Shown in pieces: positions 26,716-38,852 of a stretch of 48,962 nucleotides of DNA. The stretch spans positions 1-48,962 of the forward strand of contig JBBREK010000003.1 of assembly GCA_038203025.1 (NCBI GenBank). Direction: 5' to 3'. How positions within the stretch are numbered: the stretch's first letter is position 1; every line of letters begins with the position of its first letter. The notes under the pieces are model-generated. The model made no database searches, was not told the origin of the DNA, and worked only from the letters and a program-made list of their open reading frames with translations. The position numbers were made by a program, and so were the translations under genes. The DNA is from Planctomycetota bacterium. Lineage in GTDB: Bacteria; Planctomycetota; UBA11346.

Positions 26716-27993
26716 ATGTCCAACCCCGCCCCCGCCGCCCGTTTCACCGCCCCGCGCACCCTGGCCTCCAGCGACCCAGAAGTCGCCGCCATCGTTCAGC
26801 GCGAAGCCGACCGCCAGCAACACACCATCGAGCTGATCGCCTCCGAGAACATCGTCTCGACCGCGGTGATGGAGGCCCAGGGCTCGCTGTTGACCAATAA
26901 ATATGCCGAAGGGTATCCGGGGAAACGCTACTACGGCGGCTGTGAATTCGTCGACCAGGCTGAAGAGCTGGCGATCCGCCGCGCCCAACAGCTGTTCAAG
27001 ACCGACTATGGCTGCAACGTCCAGCCGCACTCCGGCTCACAGGCCAACATGGCGGTGTACATGGCGGCGGGTCTACAGAAGGGCGATAAGGTCCTGGGCA
27101 TGTCCCTCGACCACGGCGGCCACCTGACGCATGGCTACAAGCTGAACTTCTCCGGCCTCGACTACACCATCCAGAGCTACGGCGTCAGCAAGGACACCGG
27201 CCGCATCGACATGGCCGAGGTCGAGCGCATCGCGGTCGAGTTCCAGCCGAAGATGATCATCGCCGGAGCCTCGAACTACTCGCGCACCCTCGACTTTCCG
27301 GCTTTCGCCGCGATCGCCAAGAAAATCGGCGCCCTGCTCTTCGTCGACATGGCGCACATCGCCGGCCTGGTCGCCGCCGGCCTGCACCCCAGTCCCTTCG
27401 GCTACGCCGACTTCGTCACCACCACCACGCACAAGACCCTGCGCGGCCCGCGCGGCGGCATGATCTTCGCCCGCAGCCCAGAGCACTTCAAGAAGGTGAA
27501 CAGCCGCGTCTTCCCCGGCATCCAGGGCGGGCCGCTGATGCACGTCATCGCCGCCAAGGCGGTCGCCTTCGGCGAAGCTCTGCGCCCGGAATTCGCCGAG
27601 TACATGGGCCGGGTCAAAGCCAGCGCCAGCGCCATGGCCGACGAGTTCCTCAAGCTCGGCTGGCAGGTCGTCTCCGGCGGCAGCGACAACCACCTCTTCT
27701 CGCTCAACGTCATGAGCCAGGGCGTCACCGGCAAGCAGGCCGAGGACAAGCTGCACGAAGTGGGCGTGACGGTGAACAAGAACCTTATCCCCTTCGACAC
27801 CCAGCCAGCCCAGCAGGGCAGCGGCATCCGCATCGGCACCCCGGCCGTATGCAGCCGCGGCTTCGGCGTCGCCGAGGCGGTGCAGGTGGCGCGCATCATG
27901 GACAAGGCGCTGAAGGGCCGCGATGACGCCGCGGCGCTGGCAGCAGCCAAGGCCGAGGCGCGGGCGCTGTGCGACCGGTTCCCGATCTATTGA
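26716..27993 (+). CDS. glyA: Serine hydroxymethyltransferase
   Basis: 425 aa with [27 protein letters not shown], and the PLP-lysine motif [14 protein letters not shown]. Confidence 0.95.
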   Translation: MSNPAPAARFTAPRTLASSDPEVAAIVQREADRQQHTIELIASENIVSTAVMEAQGSLLTNKYAEGYPGKRYYGGCEFVDQAEELAIRRAQQLFKTDYGCNVQPHSGSQANMAVYMAAGLQKGDKVLGMSLDHGGHLTHGYKLNFSGLDYTIQSYGVSKDTGRIDMAEVERIAVEFQPKMIIAGASNYSRTLDFPAFAAIAKKIGALLFVDMAHIAGLVAAGLHPSPFGYADFVTTTTHKTLRGPRGGMIFARSPEHFKKVNSRVFPGIQGGPLMHVIAAKAVAFGEALRPEFAEYMGRVKASASAMADEFLKLGWQVVSGGSDNHLFSLNVMSQGVTGKQAEDKLHEVGVTVNKNLIPFDTQPAQQGSGIRIGTPAVCSRGFGVAEAVQVARIMDKALKGRDDAAALAAAKAEARALCDRFPIY

Positions 27994-28004
27994 GACCCGA
28001 GCCG

Positions 28005-28072
28005 GCGGGACGCCGGCGGTCCCGCGGCAAGCGTTGGTCAACGCCTGCCGCGGGACAGCTGGCGTCTCGCGG
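28005..28072. repeat. Set of overlapping GC-rich hairpins (REP-like) between glyA and bpt
   Basis: GCGGGAC (28005-11) pairs with GTCCCGC (28019-25). GTCCCGCGGCAAGCGTT (28019-35) pairs with AACGCCTGCCGCGGGAC (28040-56), giving 17 bp with 1 mismatch. CCGCGGGAC (28048-56) pairs with GTCTCGCGG (28064-72). No U-tract follows. Confidence 0.7.
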
Positions 28073-28083
28073 CAGAACCAACC

Positions 28084-28785
28084 ATGGCCTCCATCCGCGG
28101 TGCCCTGATCGACGCCGGCCCCTGCCCGTACCTGACCGGTCGTTCCTTCCACGCCTTCCACGTGGCCGATCCGGTCGATGCCGACCTCTACCGCGTTTTG
28201 CTCGACAACCGCTTCCGCCGCAACGGGGCGATGTTCTACCGGCCGACCTGCCCGGACTGCGAGGCCTGCCAGCCGATCCGCGTCGCGGTCGCGGCGTTCG
28301 CTCCGCGCAGCGACCAGCGCCGGGCCTGGCGGCGCAATGCCGACCTGACCTTCAGCTGGCATCTCCGCGGCCTCGACGATGAACGCCTGGCCTTGTGGCG
28401 CGCCTATCAGGCCACGGTCCATGACGATCACGCCGAGGAACAGCCCGCGCGCTTCGCCATCGACGACGCCAGCATCCCGGGTGGCGAGTTGCACGCCCGC
28501 GATGGGGCCGGACGGCTGCTCGGCGTCGCCATGTGCGATGTGGTTGGCGACGCCTGGAGCAGCGTGTACTGCTACTGGGATCCGGCCGAACGCACCCGCG
28601 GCCTGGGCACGGTGCTGGCGATGGCTGAGATTGCCGAAGCAGCGCGATGCGGCCTGCGCTGGTGGTATCCCGGCTTCTGGGTCGCCGGCTGCGCCAAAAT
28701 GATCTACAAGGCGCGCTTCGGCCCGGCAGAGGTGTTAGAGAACGGGTGCTGGGTGCCGTGTAAGGCGGGTCCGGATCGGCTATGA
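28084..28785 (+). CDS. bpt: Arginyl/leucyl-tRNA--protein transferase (bacterial Ate1/Bpt family)
   Basis: 233 aa. CPYL...RFRRNGAMFYRPTCPDCEACQPIRV and the C-terminal WYPGFW...MIYKARFGP match the N- and C-terminal arginyltransferase domains. Confidence 0.8.
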   Translation: MASIRGALIDAGPCPYLTGRSFHAFHVADPVDADLYRVLLDNRFRRNGAMFYRPTCPDCEACQPIRVAVAAFAPRSDQRRAWRRNADLTFSWHLRGLDDERLALWRAYQATVHDDHAEEQPARFAIDDASIPGGELHARDGAGRLLGVAMCDVVGDAWSSVYCYWDPAERTRGLGTVLAMAEIAEAARCGLRWWYPGFWVAGCAKMIYKARFGPAEVLENGCWVPCKAGPDRL

Positions 28786-28826
28786 TTGGCACAGGCTGAG
28801 CTAAAATGCCGACAGCATAGGGGGGA

Positions 28827-29564
28827 ATGACCATGTTCTTAGGCCTCGACTTCATCCACCTGGCGATCATTGCCGTCGGCCTGCTGCTGTCGTTCGCGGC
28901 CTCGGCCTACGTCAAGCTGCGCTTCAATCGCGGCAAACTTGTCCCACTGCGTTCCGGCAAGACCGGCGCTGAGATCGCCCGAGCCATCCTGCGTCAGAAC
29001 GACATCACCAACGTCGAGGTGCACGAACACCAGGGCTTCCTCTCCGACCATTACAACCCGGGAGCGAAGACCCTGAACCTGTCGCCCGACGTCTACCACG
29101 GCCGCACAGCGGCGGCGGCCGGCGTCGCCGCGCACGAGGTCGGTCACGCGCTGCAGCACGCCCATGGCGCCTTCAGCATGTGGATGCGCACTATCCTAGT
29201 CTACCCGGCGCACTTCGGTTCGATGCTTGCCCCCTGGCTGGTCATAGCCGGCATCCTGCTGTCGGCTGGGCAACAGGTCGTCCCCGGCACCTGGCAATAC
29301 ACCCTGGCCCTGGTCGGCGTGTTTGGCTTCGGCGTCGCCCTGGCCTGCTCGCTGTTCATCGTGGTCAACGAGTTCGACGCCAGCCGGCGCGCCAAACTCG
29401 CCCTCGCCACCTTGGGTCTCACCCGGCCCGGCGAGGAGGACGACACCGTGCGTGGCGTGCTTAACGCCGCCGGCATGACCTATGTCGCCTCGGCGGTGGT
29501 TGCGCTGATGGAGATGCTCTACTGGGCCTGGCGCGCCGGCCTGATCGGCGGCCGGCGGGACTAG
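28827..29564 (+). CDS. Membrane zinc metallopeptidase (YugP / Zn_peptidase_2-like)
   Basis: N-terminal TM segment, a HEVGHALQH zinc motif, and two to three C-terminal TM segments. ATG 28833 is an alternative start. Confidence 0.7.
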   Translation: MTMFLGLDFIHLAIIAVGLLLSFAASAYVKLRFNRGKLVPLRSGKTGAEIARAILRQNDITNVEVHEHQGFLSDHYNPGAKTLNLSPDVYHGRTAAAAGVAAHEVGHALQHAHGAFSMWMRTILVYPAHFGSMLAPWLVIAGILLSAGQQVVPGTWQYTLALVGVFGFGVALACSLFIVVNEFDASRRAKLALATLGLTRPGEEDDTVRGVLNAAGMTYVASAVVALMEMLYWAWRAGLIGGRRD

Positions 29565-30670
29565 CGCGCTAGCTCGCGCAGCTTGTCGCCGTACAGCGCC
29601 AGGCGCTTGGCTCCAAGCTGCGGCACCTGGGCGAGATCCTCGGCGCCGTAGCGCTTGAGGAACTCCAGGGCCTTGGCCGGCAGTACCGCCTGCAGCGGCA
29701 CGGCGCGTTTCTCTGACTCGGCGCGGCGCCAGTCCTTCATGCGCTTTTCGCGCTCCTCTTCAAACGGCTCAACCTCGCGGTGTTTGACCGGTGGGGGCAG
29801 TTCGGGTGGATGGGCGTTGGCCTCACGCAGGCAGTTCAGCAAGGACTCGCCATGCGTGGTCAGGACGCTGTTCTTGACCCCGGCGACCTTGAGCTGCGCC
29901 CAGGTGACCACCGGCTTGCGGCAGAGCGCCAGCATGGTCTCGTTGTTGATCACGCGACCGGGCGGTTTATCGATCTCGCGAGCCATGCCGTCGCGCCAGG
30001 TCCACAAGGCCGCCAGCACCGGCAGACACGGCTTGCCCAGGTCGCGGGCGCCCTTCACCCGGTAGAAGCCGCCCGGATCGAAACCGCCGCCCCAGCCCGC
30101 CTCTTCGACTGCGGCGCAGGCGATGGCGGTCTCTTCAACTAGGTCGGCGTCCTGCACCTGCTGCCGCAACTGGGCGGCGGCCTCGGGCAGATGACGCACA
30201 TCATCGATAGCGTATTCCAGCGCCGCTGGATCGATCGGACGGATCGCCCAGTCGTATTGCGCGAACTCCTTGGCCAGTTGGATGCCCATCAGGCGCTCGA
30301 CCACGGCCCCGTAGCCGGTGCGTTCCCAGCCCAGCATCGAGGCGGCCTGCTGGCTGTCGAACACGCCACGCAGTTGGATGGCGAAGTCGCGGCGCATGAC
30401 CGCGCAGTCGTACTCGCCGCCGTGCAGCCAGACGGTGATCGCCGGGTCCTCCAGCGGGGACTTGAGCACGGCGAAGACCTCGGCGCCGAGGGCGATCGGG
30501 TCGAGTACGAACATCTGACCGCCAGCATTGATCTGCACCAGGCAGCAACGCTCGCGGTAGGCGTGCATTGAGTTGGACTCGGTATCGAGGGCTATCCACG
30601 ATGCCGAGGCGCAGGCGGCCGCGACCTCGGCCAGGCCAGCCGCGGTGTCGATCCAGGGGACGTCGGACAC
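29561..30670 (-). CDS. rnd: Ribonuclease D (DEDD 3'-5' exonuclease plus HRDC)
   Basis: The start is placed at GTG 30670 (VSDVPWIDTAAGL...), 7 nt after the atpC stop. Exonuclease motifs IALDTESNS, LHGGEYDCAVM and YAIDDVRHL are present, with an HRDC-like C-terminus. The upstream part of ORF 29561..30967 overlaps atpC. Confidence 0.8.
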   Translation of the reverse strand: MSDVPWIDTAAGLAEVAAACASASWIALDTESNSMHAYRERCCLVQINAGGQMFVLDPIALGAEVFAVLKSPLEDPAITVWLHGGEYDCAVMRRDFAIQLRGVFDSQQAASMLGWERTGYGAVVERLMGIQLAKEFAQYDWAIRPIDPAALEYAIDDVRHLPEAAAQLRQQVQDADLVEETAIACAAVEEAGWGGGFDPGGFYRVKGARDLGKPCLPVLAALWTWRDGMAREIDKPPGRVINNETMLALCRKPVVTWAQLKVAGVKNSVLTTHGESLLNCLREANAHPPELPPPVKHREVEPFEEEREKRMKDWRRAESEKRAVPLQAVLPAKALEFLKRYGAEDLAQVPQLGAKRLALYGDKLRELAR

Positions 30671-30677
30671 GGACGGC

Positions 30678-31049
30678 CTAGACCTTCGCGTGCCTGGCGA
30701 GAGCGAGCTGGGCGCGCAACCAGGCGACCTCGTCGGCCGAGGTGGCCGGCAGGCCGCCGGCGATGGCATCGAGACGGGCCTGGACCTTGGGAACCTCGAT
30801 GGAGCCGACCTCGACCGCCTCGTCAACCAGCACGTTGACCTCGTCCTTAAGCACCTGCGCGACCCCGCCGCGGACGGCGAAGGTCTTGCCGCCGCTGACC
30901 GAGACGCGGCCATGGCCAACCAGGGCGACCAGCGGCGCGTGGCCCTGACGCACCCCGATCTCGCCATCGCTGGCCGTAATCGTCACCTGCTCGCCTTGGA
31001 TGGGCGGCATGATCTTGACCGGTGTGACGAGTTTGAGGGTGACAGGCAT
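30678..31049 (-). CDS. atpC: F1 ATP synthase subunit epsilon
   Basis: 123 aa, MPVTLKLVTP...ASDGEIGVRQGHAPLVALV..., directly downstream of atpD. Confidence 0.85.
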   Translation of the reverse strand: MPVTLKLVTPVKIMPPIQGEQVTITASDGEIGVRQGHAPLVALVGHGRVSVSGGKTFAVRGGVAQVLKDEVNVLVDEAVEVGSIEVPKVQARLDAIAGGLPATSADEVAWLRAQLALARHAKV

Positions 31050-31055
31050 GGCTGC

Positions 31056-33561
<2,506 letters not shown>

Positions 33562-33582
33562 GGGGGACTCGCGGCTTCAGGC

Positions 33583-35208
33583 TCAGGCCTTGGTGCCGTG
33601 CTTCTCCTTGAACAGGGTGCGGAAGCGCTTGGTCGCGTCCTTGGCCCGGGTGTCGGCCTCGGCGGTGAACTCGCGGGCCTTGGCAACATCGGCGAGCAGG
33701 GCGGCGTGCTCAGTGTGCATGAAGACGATGTATTCGCTCTCGAAGAGTCCAACCTGCTCGACCGACACATCGTCGAGCATGCCTTCGCCAGCACCTTTGA
33801 TCACCAGCACCTGGTCGACGATTTCCATCGGCTGGGCCTGACCCTGCTTGAGCAGTTCGACCATGCGCGCACCGCGATCGAGCTGCTTCTGGGTGGCAGG
33901 GTCGAGCTCGGTGCCGAGCTGCGAGAAGGCTTCCAGTTCGCGGTAGGCCGCCAGGTCAAGGCGCAGGGTGCCGGCGATCTTCTTCATCGCCTTGATCTGG
34001 GCGTTGCCGCCCACGCGCGACACTGAGATGCCGACGTCTACGGCCGGACGCTGGCCGGCGTTGAACAGGTCAGGCTGCAGGTAGATCTGACCGTCGGTGA
34101 TCGAGATCACGTTGGTCGGGATGTAGGCCGAGACCTCACCTTCCTGGGTCTCGATCACCGGGAAGGCGGTGAGCGAGCCGCCGCCAAGCTTGTCCGAAAG
34201 CTTGGCCGAACGCTCGAGCAGGCGCGAGTGCAGGTAGAACACGTCGCCGGGATAGGCCTCGCGGCCGGGCGGACGGCGCAGCAGCAGCGACATCTCGCGG
34301 TAGGCGGCGGCCTGCTTCGACAGGTCGTCGTAGGCGCAGAAGGTGGCGAAGCCGCGCCCGCCATCCTTGACCGGGCACTGCACGTACTTGCCGTCGACCA
34401 GCTTGGGCTGGCCCGGTCCGGAGGATCCTGGCGGAGAGTCGTGCAGCCAGGTGTGGTACATGAAGTACTCGGCCATGGCCGCGCCGGTGTAGGGTGCGAG
34501 GTACTGCATCGGGGCCGGCATCGAGGCCGAGGCGTCGACCACGATGGTGTAGCTCATGGCGCCGATCGCCTCGAGTTGCTTGACGATCGCGGCGACGGTC
34601 GACTCCTTCTGGCCGATCGCGACGTAGACGCAGACAACGCCCTTGCCCTTCTGGTTGATGATCGTGTCGATGCAGATCGCGGTCTTGCCAGTCTTGCGAT
34701 CGCCGATGATTAGCTCGCGCTGGCCGCGGCCGACCGGGATCATCGCGTCGATGCACTTGAGGCCGGTCTGCAGTGGTTCGTGTACGCTGCGGCGGTCGGC
34801 AAGGCCGGGGGCCGGGCTTTCCACGCGGCGGGTGCCATCGTTCTTGATCGGGCCTTTGCCATCGAGCGGGCGGCCGAGCGGGTCGACCACGCGGCCGAGC
34901 AGGGCCTGGCCAACCGGCACCTCAAGCACGCGCTTGGTGCGGCGGGCGATCATCCCCTCCTTGAGGCTGACGTAGTCGCCGAGCACCACCGAACCGACCA
35001 CGCCTTCTTCAAGGTTGAGAGCCAGGCCGAAGGCGCCGTTCTCAAACTCGACCATTTCGCCGGCCATGACCCCGGAGAGGCCGGTGATGCGGGCGATGCC
35101 GTCACCGACCATCACCACGGTGCCGACCTCATCGACCACGGGCTTCGCCCCGTAGTTGGCGAGCTGGGCGCGGATCACGCTGGTCATCTCATCGGCGCGG
35201 ATCTTCAC
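33583..35208 (-). CDS. atpA: F1 ATP synthase subunit alpha
   Basis: Walker A GDRKTGKT. The start is chosen as GTG 35208 ([16 protein letters not shown]), 5 nt after AAGGAG. The ORF-track start at 35226 would overlap atpH by 16 nt. Confidence 0.9.
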   Translation of the reverse strand: MKIRADEMTSVIRAQLANYGAKPVVDEVGTVVMVGDGIARITGLSGVMAGEMVEFENGAFGLALNLEEGVVGSVVLGDYVSLKEGMIARRTKRVLEVPVGQALLGRVVDPLGRPLDGKGPIKNDGTRRVESPAPGLADRRSVHEPLQTGLKCIDAMIPVGRGQRELIIGDRKTGKTAICIDTIINQKGKGVVCVYVAIGQKESTVAAIVKQLEAIGAMSYTIVVDASASMPAPMQYLAPYTGAAMAEYFMYHTWLHDSPPGSSGPGQPKLVDGKYVQCPVKDGGRGFATFCAYDDLSKQAAAYREMSLLLRRPPGREAYPGDVFYLHSRLLERSAKLSDKLGGGSLTAFPVIETQEGEVSAYIPTNVISITDGQIYLQPDLFNAGQRPAVDVGISVSRVGGNAQIKAMKKIAGTLRLDLAAYRELEAFSQLGTELDPATQKQLDRGARMVELLKQGQAQPMEIVDQVLVIKGAGEGMLDDVSVEQVGLFESEYIVFMHTEHAALLADVAKAREFTAEADTRAKDATKRFRTLFKEKHGTKA

Positions 35209-35210
35209 AT

Positions 35211-35762
35211 TCACTCCTTGGCCCACAGCGCATCGCTGAGGGGCGCGTTGATCATGCGGTTGTGCATCTCACTGAGCTGGCGCTTGACGCTGGCATCGAC
35301 CAGGCGGTCGCCAACCCGGACGGTGGCCCCGCCGATTAGGGCGGGGTTGACGACCTCGGTGATATCGGCCTTGCCGCCGACGGCGGCGATGAGGCGCTGC
35401 GTCAGGGCGGCGGCCAGTGGCCGGGCGGCGGTCACGCGGACGCGGACGACGCCGGCGGCAGCCTCGGCCCGGGCCACCGCCTCGTGCAGGATGACCGGGG
35501 CCTCGGCCAGGCGGTTGCGGTCGACGAGCAGGCGCAGCAGGTCGATGACGACCTGCGGGTGGTCCTTGAGTACGGCTGCCAGCGCTTCCTTGGCGCGGAT
35601 CTTGCCGACTCGCGGATCGTCGAGTGCTGCGAGTGCCTCGGGAGCCAGGGCCTCGGCCAGCGCACGGCAACTCTCGATCACGGCTGGCTGCACGCCACGC
35701 TCAGCCGCGACCTCAAGCAGGCCTTGCGCGTAGACGCCGGGGACGGTGGCGGGGTGGGCCAT
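35211..35762 (-). CDS. atpH: F1 ATP synthase subunit delta (OSCP)
   Basis: 183 aa, positioned between atpF and atpA, with an OSCP-like C-terminus ([20 protein letters not shown]). Confidence 0.8.
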   Translation of the reverse strand: MAHPATVPGVYAQGLLEVAAERGVQPAVIESCRALAEALAPEALAALDDPRVGKIRAKEALAAVLKDHPQVVIDLLRLLVDRNRLAEAPVILHEAVARAEAAAGVVRVRVTAARPLAAALTQRLIAAVGGKADITEVVNPALIGGATVRVGDRLVDASVKRQLSEMHNRMINAPLSDALWAKE

Positions 35763-35765
35763 GGT

Positions 35766-36278
35766 TCAGCGCCTCGCCGCCGCCTCGTAGGCGTCGATAG
35801 CCTGGGCGACGAGCTCGCCCTGGCGGGCGTCGCCGAGTTTCTCGCCGATGATCTTGCCGGCCACCTCGGTGGCGATGTCGGCGACCTCCTGGCGCAACTG
35901 CACGATGGCGCCATGGCGGGCGGCCTCGATGTCCTGCAGGGCACGCAGGCGCATCGCCTCGACCTCACCGCGTCCCTTCTCGAGCAGCCCGTCGCGGGCC
36001 TGCTCGGCCTCAAGACGCATCTTCGACATCATCGTCGAGACCTGGTCCTCGGTGGCGCGGATCTTGCGCTCTAGTTCGGCCTGCATCTGCCTGGCAGCGG
36101 CGTTGGCCGCCTCGGCCTCCTCGATCTGCTTGCGGATCCGCTCCTCGCGTGCATCGACGGCAGCGACGATCGCTGTCACTCCGAAGCGGTAGATGACCAC
36201 CACGAAGACGAAGAACGCCACCACCGACCACCAGAAGCTGGCGGCGTTTGCGAGGATGAACTGCTTGATCAGGTCCAC
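35766..36278 (-). CDS. atpF: Fo ATP synthase subunit b
   Basis: 170 aa: a single N-terminal TM segment (FWWSVVAFFVFVVVIY) followed by a long charged helix. Confidence 0.8.
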   Translation of the reverse strand: MDLIKQFILANAASFWWSVVAFFVFVVVIYRFGVTAIVAAVDAREERIRKQIEEAEAANAAARQMQAELERKIRATEDQVSTMMSKMRLEAEQARDGLLEKGRGEVEAMRLRALQDIEAARHGAIVQLRQEVADIATEVAGKIIGEKLGDARQGELVAQAIDAYEAAARR

Positions 36279-36336
36279 GGCGCTGACTCCGGTCTTGGCT
36301 GGGGAGATGCCAGGCGACGCCCGGCACCCTGGCAGG

Positions 36337-36642
36337 TCACTTGAGGAACACCACCACCAGCGCGAACACCATGGCGATCAGGGCGAGACCTTCGATGAAG
36401 GCGATGCCGAGGATCATGGTGCCCTTGAGGGCATTGCCCTGTTCCGGCTGGCGGGCCATGCCCGAGAGGGCGGCGGCGGCGGTGAGGCCAATGCCGATGC
36501 CGGCGCCACCGGCCGCGATGCCGAAGGCGATGCCGGCGCCGAGAGGCGAGAAGCTCACGGCCTGGGCAGCGGTGGTGGTGGCGGCCTCGGCGCTGGCTGC
36601 GACCTGGGCGAGGGTGTGGACGACGGTGGCGAGATCGGACAT
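36337..36642 (-). CDS. atpE: Fo ATP synthase subunit c
   Basis: 101 aa. Helical hairpin with a Gly-rich helix (GIAAGGAGIGIGL), an RQPE loop (MARQPEQ) and a carboxylate in helix 2 (AFIEGLAL). It has an N-terminal extension of about 25 aa. Confidence 0.9.
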   Translation of the reverse strand: MSDLATVVHTLAQVAASAEAATTTAAQAVSFSPLGAGIAFGIAAGGAGIGIGLTAAAALSGMARQPEQGNALKGTMILGIAFIEGLALIAMVFALVVVFLK

Positions 36643-36654
36643 GGGGCGCTCCGG

Positions 36655-37716
36655 TTAGTGCTCCGGGTGCATCGATTGACCGATGAACACGGCGGAAAGA
36701 AGGGTGAAGACGTAGGCCTGGATGAGGACGACGAGGAGTACGAGGAAGTAGATGACTGTAGTCATGAGCAGGCCGAAGGCGCTCATGCCGAGTGAGAGAC
36801 CGACCATCTCAGGCCGGGCGGCGAAGATGATCAGGCCGAGGCTGGAGAAGGCGAGCAGCACGGTGTGGTCGGCGAACATGTTGGCGAAGAGACGGATGGC
36901 CAGCGCGGTGGGCTTGATCAGCAGGCCGAGCAGTTCGATGCCGGCGAGCATCAGCCAGATCATCAGTTCGGCCGGTTTGAGGCTGAAGTGCACCGGCACC
37001 AGGTTGATCCAGAACGCCGCGATACCCTGCCGCTTCATGCCGAAATAGAGCATTGAGACCAGCGTGGTCACAGCCAGGGCTGTGGTCACCGCGATGTTGC
37101 CGGTGGCGGTGCCAGTGCCGGGGATCATGCCAATCCCGTTCATCACCAGGATGGCGAGGAACATGGCGGTGAAGTGCGCGGTCCAGCGGTCGCCATGCTG
37201 GATGTTCGGCCGCACAATGTCGTCGCGCACGAACAGCACGATCGCCTCGAATATGTGCTGGATACGGCCGGCCGGCTTGAGCTGGTCGATGCGCCGGCGG
37301 GCGAAGCCGATCAGCACGACAGCCAGCAGCACCAGGGCCACGGTGCCGAAGAAGGTCTGCTGGGTAAAGAACGACAGGGCCTGGGGGAAGGCGCCGAAGG
37401 TGCTCTCGTGCTTGGCCACCACCATCGCCTTGGCGAGTGGGACGGGATCGGTGTCGCCGTGCGAACGGGCGTAGGATCCGGCCCACTCCAGGCATGGAGC
37501 CGGGTCGGCGGCGGCGTAGCCGTCCTTGGTCGCCAGCGAGGCCTGATTGCGAGCCGCGTAGCCGGGCAGGTCGAACACCAGCAGCAGGACGCCGTGCAGG
37601 GGCTCCCAGGCAGGATAGGCGAGGTTGTGGTGCACCATCATCGCACCGAAATCGTAGGACTCGTGCTCGCCGGCGTGGACCTGGCCGACACCGACGGACG
37701 CAGTCTCTTCCGCCAT
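36655..37716 (-). CDS. atpB: Fo ATP synthase subunit a (with long N-terminal extension)
   Basis: Essential Arg motif LAIRLFANMFADH. The start is tentatively ATG 37716 (MAEETASVGV...). The conserved a-subunit core begins about 110 aa later. Confidence 0.8.
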   Translation of the reverse strand: MAEETASVGVGQVHAGEHESYDFGAMMVHHNLAYPAWEPLHGVLLLVFDLPGYAARNQASLATKDGYAAADPAPCLEWAGSYARSHGDTDPVPLAKAMVVAKHESTFGAFPQALSFFTQQTFFGTVALVLLAVVLIGFARRRIDQLKPAGRIQHIFEAIVLFVRDDIVRPNIQHGDRWTAHFTAMFLAILVMNGIGMIPGTGTATGNIAVTTALAVTTLVSMLYFGMKRQGIAAFWINLVPVHFSLKPAELMIWLMLAGIELLGLLIKPTALAIRLFANMFADHTVLLAFSSLGLIIFAARPEMVGLSLGMSAFGLLMTTVIYFLVLLVVLIQAYVFTLLSAVFIGQSMHPEH

Positions 37717-37759
37717 GGCGGCGGAGGCGGGAGCGTGCTCGGCTGCTGCTGTTCCGGTC

Positions 37760-38065
37760 TCAGGCACGGGCGCGATCCTTGGCCGTCTCGGTGGGGGGGC
37801 GCAGTATGCGAAGCTGGGCCCGCACGTCCAGGGCGAGCCCGCAGACCAGCATAACCACTGCAAAAACCACTCCGGCCATGAGATGGGCGGGGGCGAACTG
37901 GTGCAGGGCCAGGACGAACACGGTCATTCCGGCGACACGAACGGCCAGCGCCAGCATCTGGTAGGCGAGGCAGCGTCCGAGGTCACCGTGCAGGCCACGG
38001 CGAGCCACCCACGACGCGGCGAAGGCCAGCGTGATCGACACCAGCGCCGTCGCGAGCAGGGTCAT
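37760..38065 (-). CDS. atpI: ATP synthase protein I-like small membrane protein
   Basis: 101 aa from ATG 38065 (MTLLATALVSITLAFAASWV...). Three to four hydrophobic segments. Sits directly upstream of atpB. Confidence 0.55.
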   Translation of the reverse strand: MTLLATALVSITLAFAASWVARRGLHGDLGRCLAYQMLALAVRVAGMTVFVLALHQFAPAHLMAGVVFAVVMLVCGLALDVRAQLRILRPPTETAKDRARA

Positions 38066-38067
38066 GA

Positions 38068-38283
38068 TCACCGCCGCGCCTCCCTGATCAGATGGTAGAA
38101 GCCCGCCCCGGTCATCACCACGCCGAGGATAAGGGTCCACAGCGGCAGGGTCCCGGCCGCCTGGTCGATGAGATAGCCGCCGCCCAGACCCAGCAACGCC
38201 CCGGCCACCGGCAAATAACCAGCGTTGACCCCCCGGAAGGGGCTGCGCTGGGTCGACTGCCGATCGCTGCTTGGGGTGACCAT
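38068..38283 (-). CDS. AtpZ/AtpR-like small membrane protein (putative F0F1-ATPase subunit family)
   Basis: 71 aa from ATG 38283. The sequence ...GYLPVAGALLGLGGGYLIDQAAGTLPLWTLILGVVMTGAGFYHLIREARR matches the two-TM AtpZ pattern. It is the first gene of the atp operon. Confidence 0.6.
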   Translation of the reverse strand: MVTPSSDRQSTQRSPFRGVNAGYLPVAGALLGLGGGYLIDQAAGTLPLWTLILGVVMTGAGFYHLIREARR

Positions 38284-38393
38284 GGAAGGATATGCGTGCT
38301 GCCATGCAGAACGTGGCGGGACCATCCCCTGGCTGGACGGGCAGTCAACCAGGCCAAGGCCCCAACGACCACGCCATGCAGGAAGAGCATGCA

Positions 38394-38420
38394 TTGACAC
38401 ATCAGCCTGCAGACTAGTAT
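38394..38420 (+). promoter_or_regulatory. Candidate sigma70-type promoter for rplS
   Basis: TTGACA (38394-99), a 15-nt spacer, then TAGTAT (38415-20), 47 nt upstream of the rplS ATG. The spacer is shorter than optimal. Confidence 0.35.
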
Positions 38421-38466
38421 CCCGCGCCCGTAACCATCCCAGGCGGCCAATTGGCCGGAGTCCGCC

Positions 38467-38835
38467 ATGAACCTGCTCGACATCGCCACGAAATCTTCCC
38501 TGCGCAAGGAACCCCTCGGCGACTTCAAGGTCGGCGACACCGTCGACGTGCATGTCAAGATCAAGGAGGGCGACAAAGAGCGCGTCCAGATCTTCAACGG
38601 CACCGTCATCGCCAAGTCACGTGGCCACGGCAGCATCAACTCGTCCTTCACCGTCCGGCGCATCGTCGCCGGCGAGGGCGTCGAGCGCACCTGGCCGATC
38701 AACAGCCCCCGTCTGGCCAAGGTCGCGGTGACCCGCGCTGGCCGCGTCCGCCGCGCCAAGCTCTACTACCTGCGTGGCCGCGTCGGCAAGGCGACCAAGG
38801 TCAAGGAACTGCTCGAGACCGTGGCCAAGAAGTAA
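38467..38835 (+). CDS. rplS: 50S ribosomal protein L19
   Basis: 122 aa with [30 protein letters not shown]...[19 protein letters not shown]...V. It is monocistronic here; there is no rpsP-rimM-trmD upstream. Confidence 0.95.
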   Translation: MNLLDIATKSSLRKEPLGDFKVGDTVDVHVKIKEGDKERVQIFNGTVIAKSRGHGSINSSFTVRRIVAGEGVERTWPINSPRLAKVAVTRAGRVRRAKLYYLRGRVGKATKVKELLETVAKK

Positions 38836-38852
38836 GAGCCTTCAGAGCTTAG

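Noticed and set aside
27073-28494. 473-aa minus-strand ORF
   Set aside because: It is antisense to glyA (unambiguous SHMT) and to the start of bpt.
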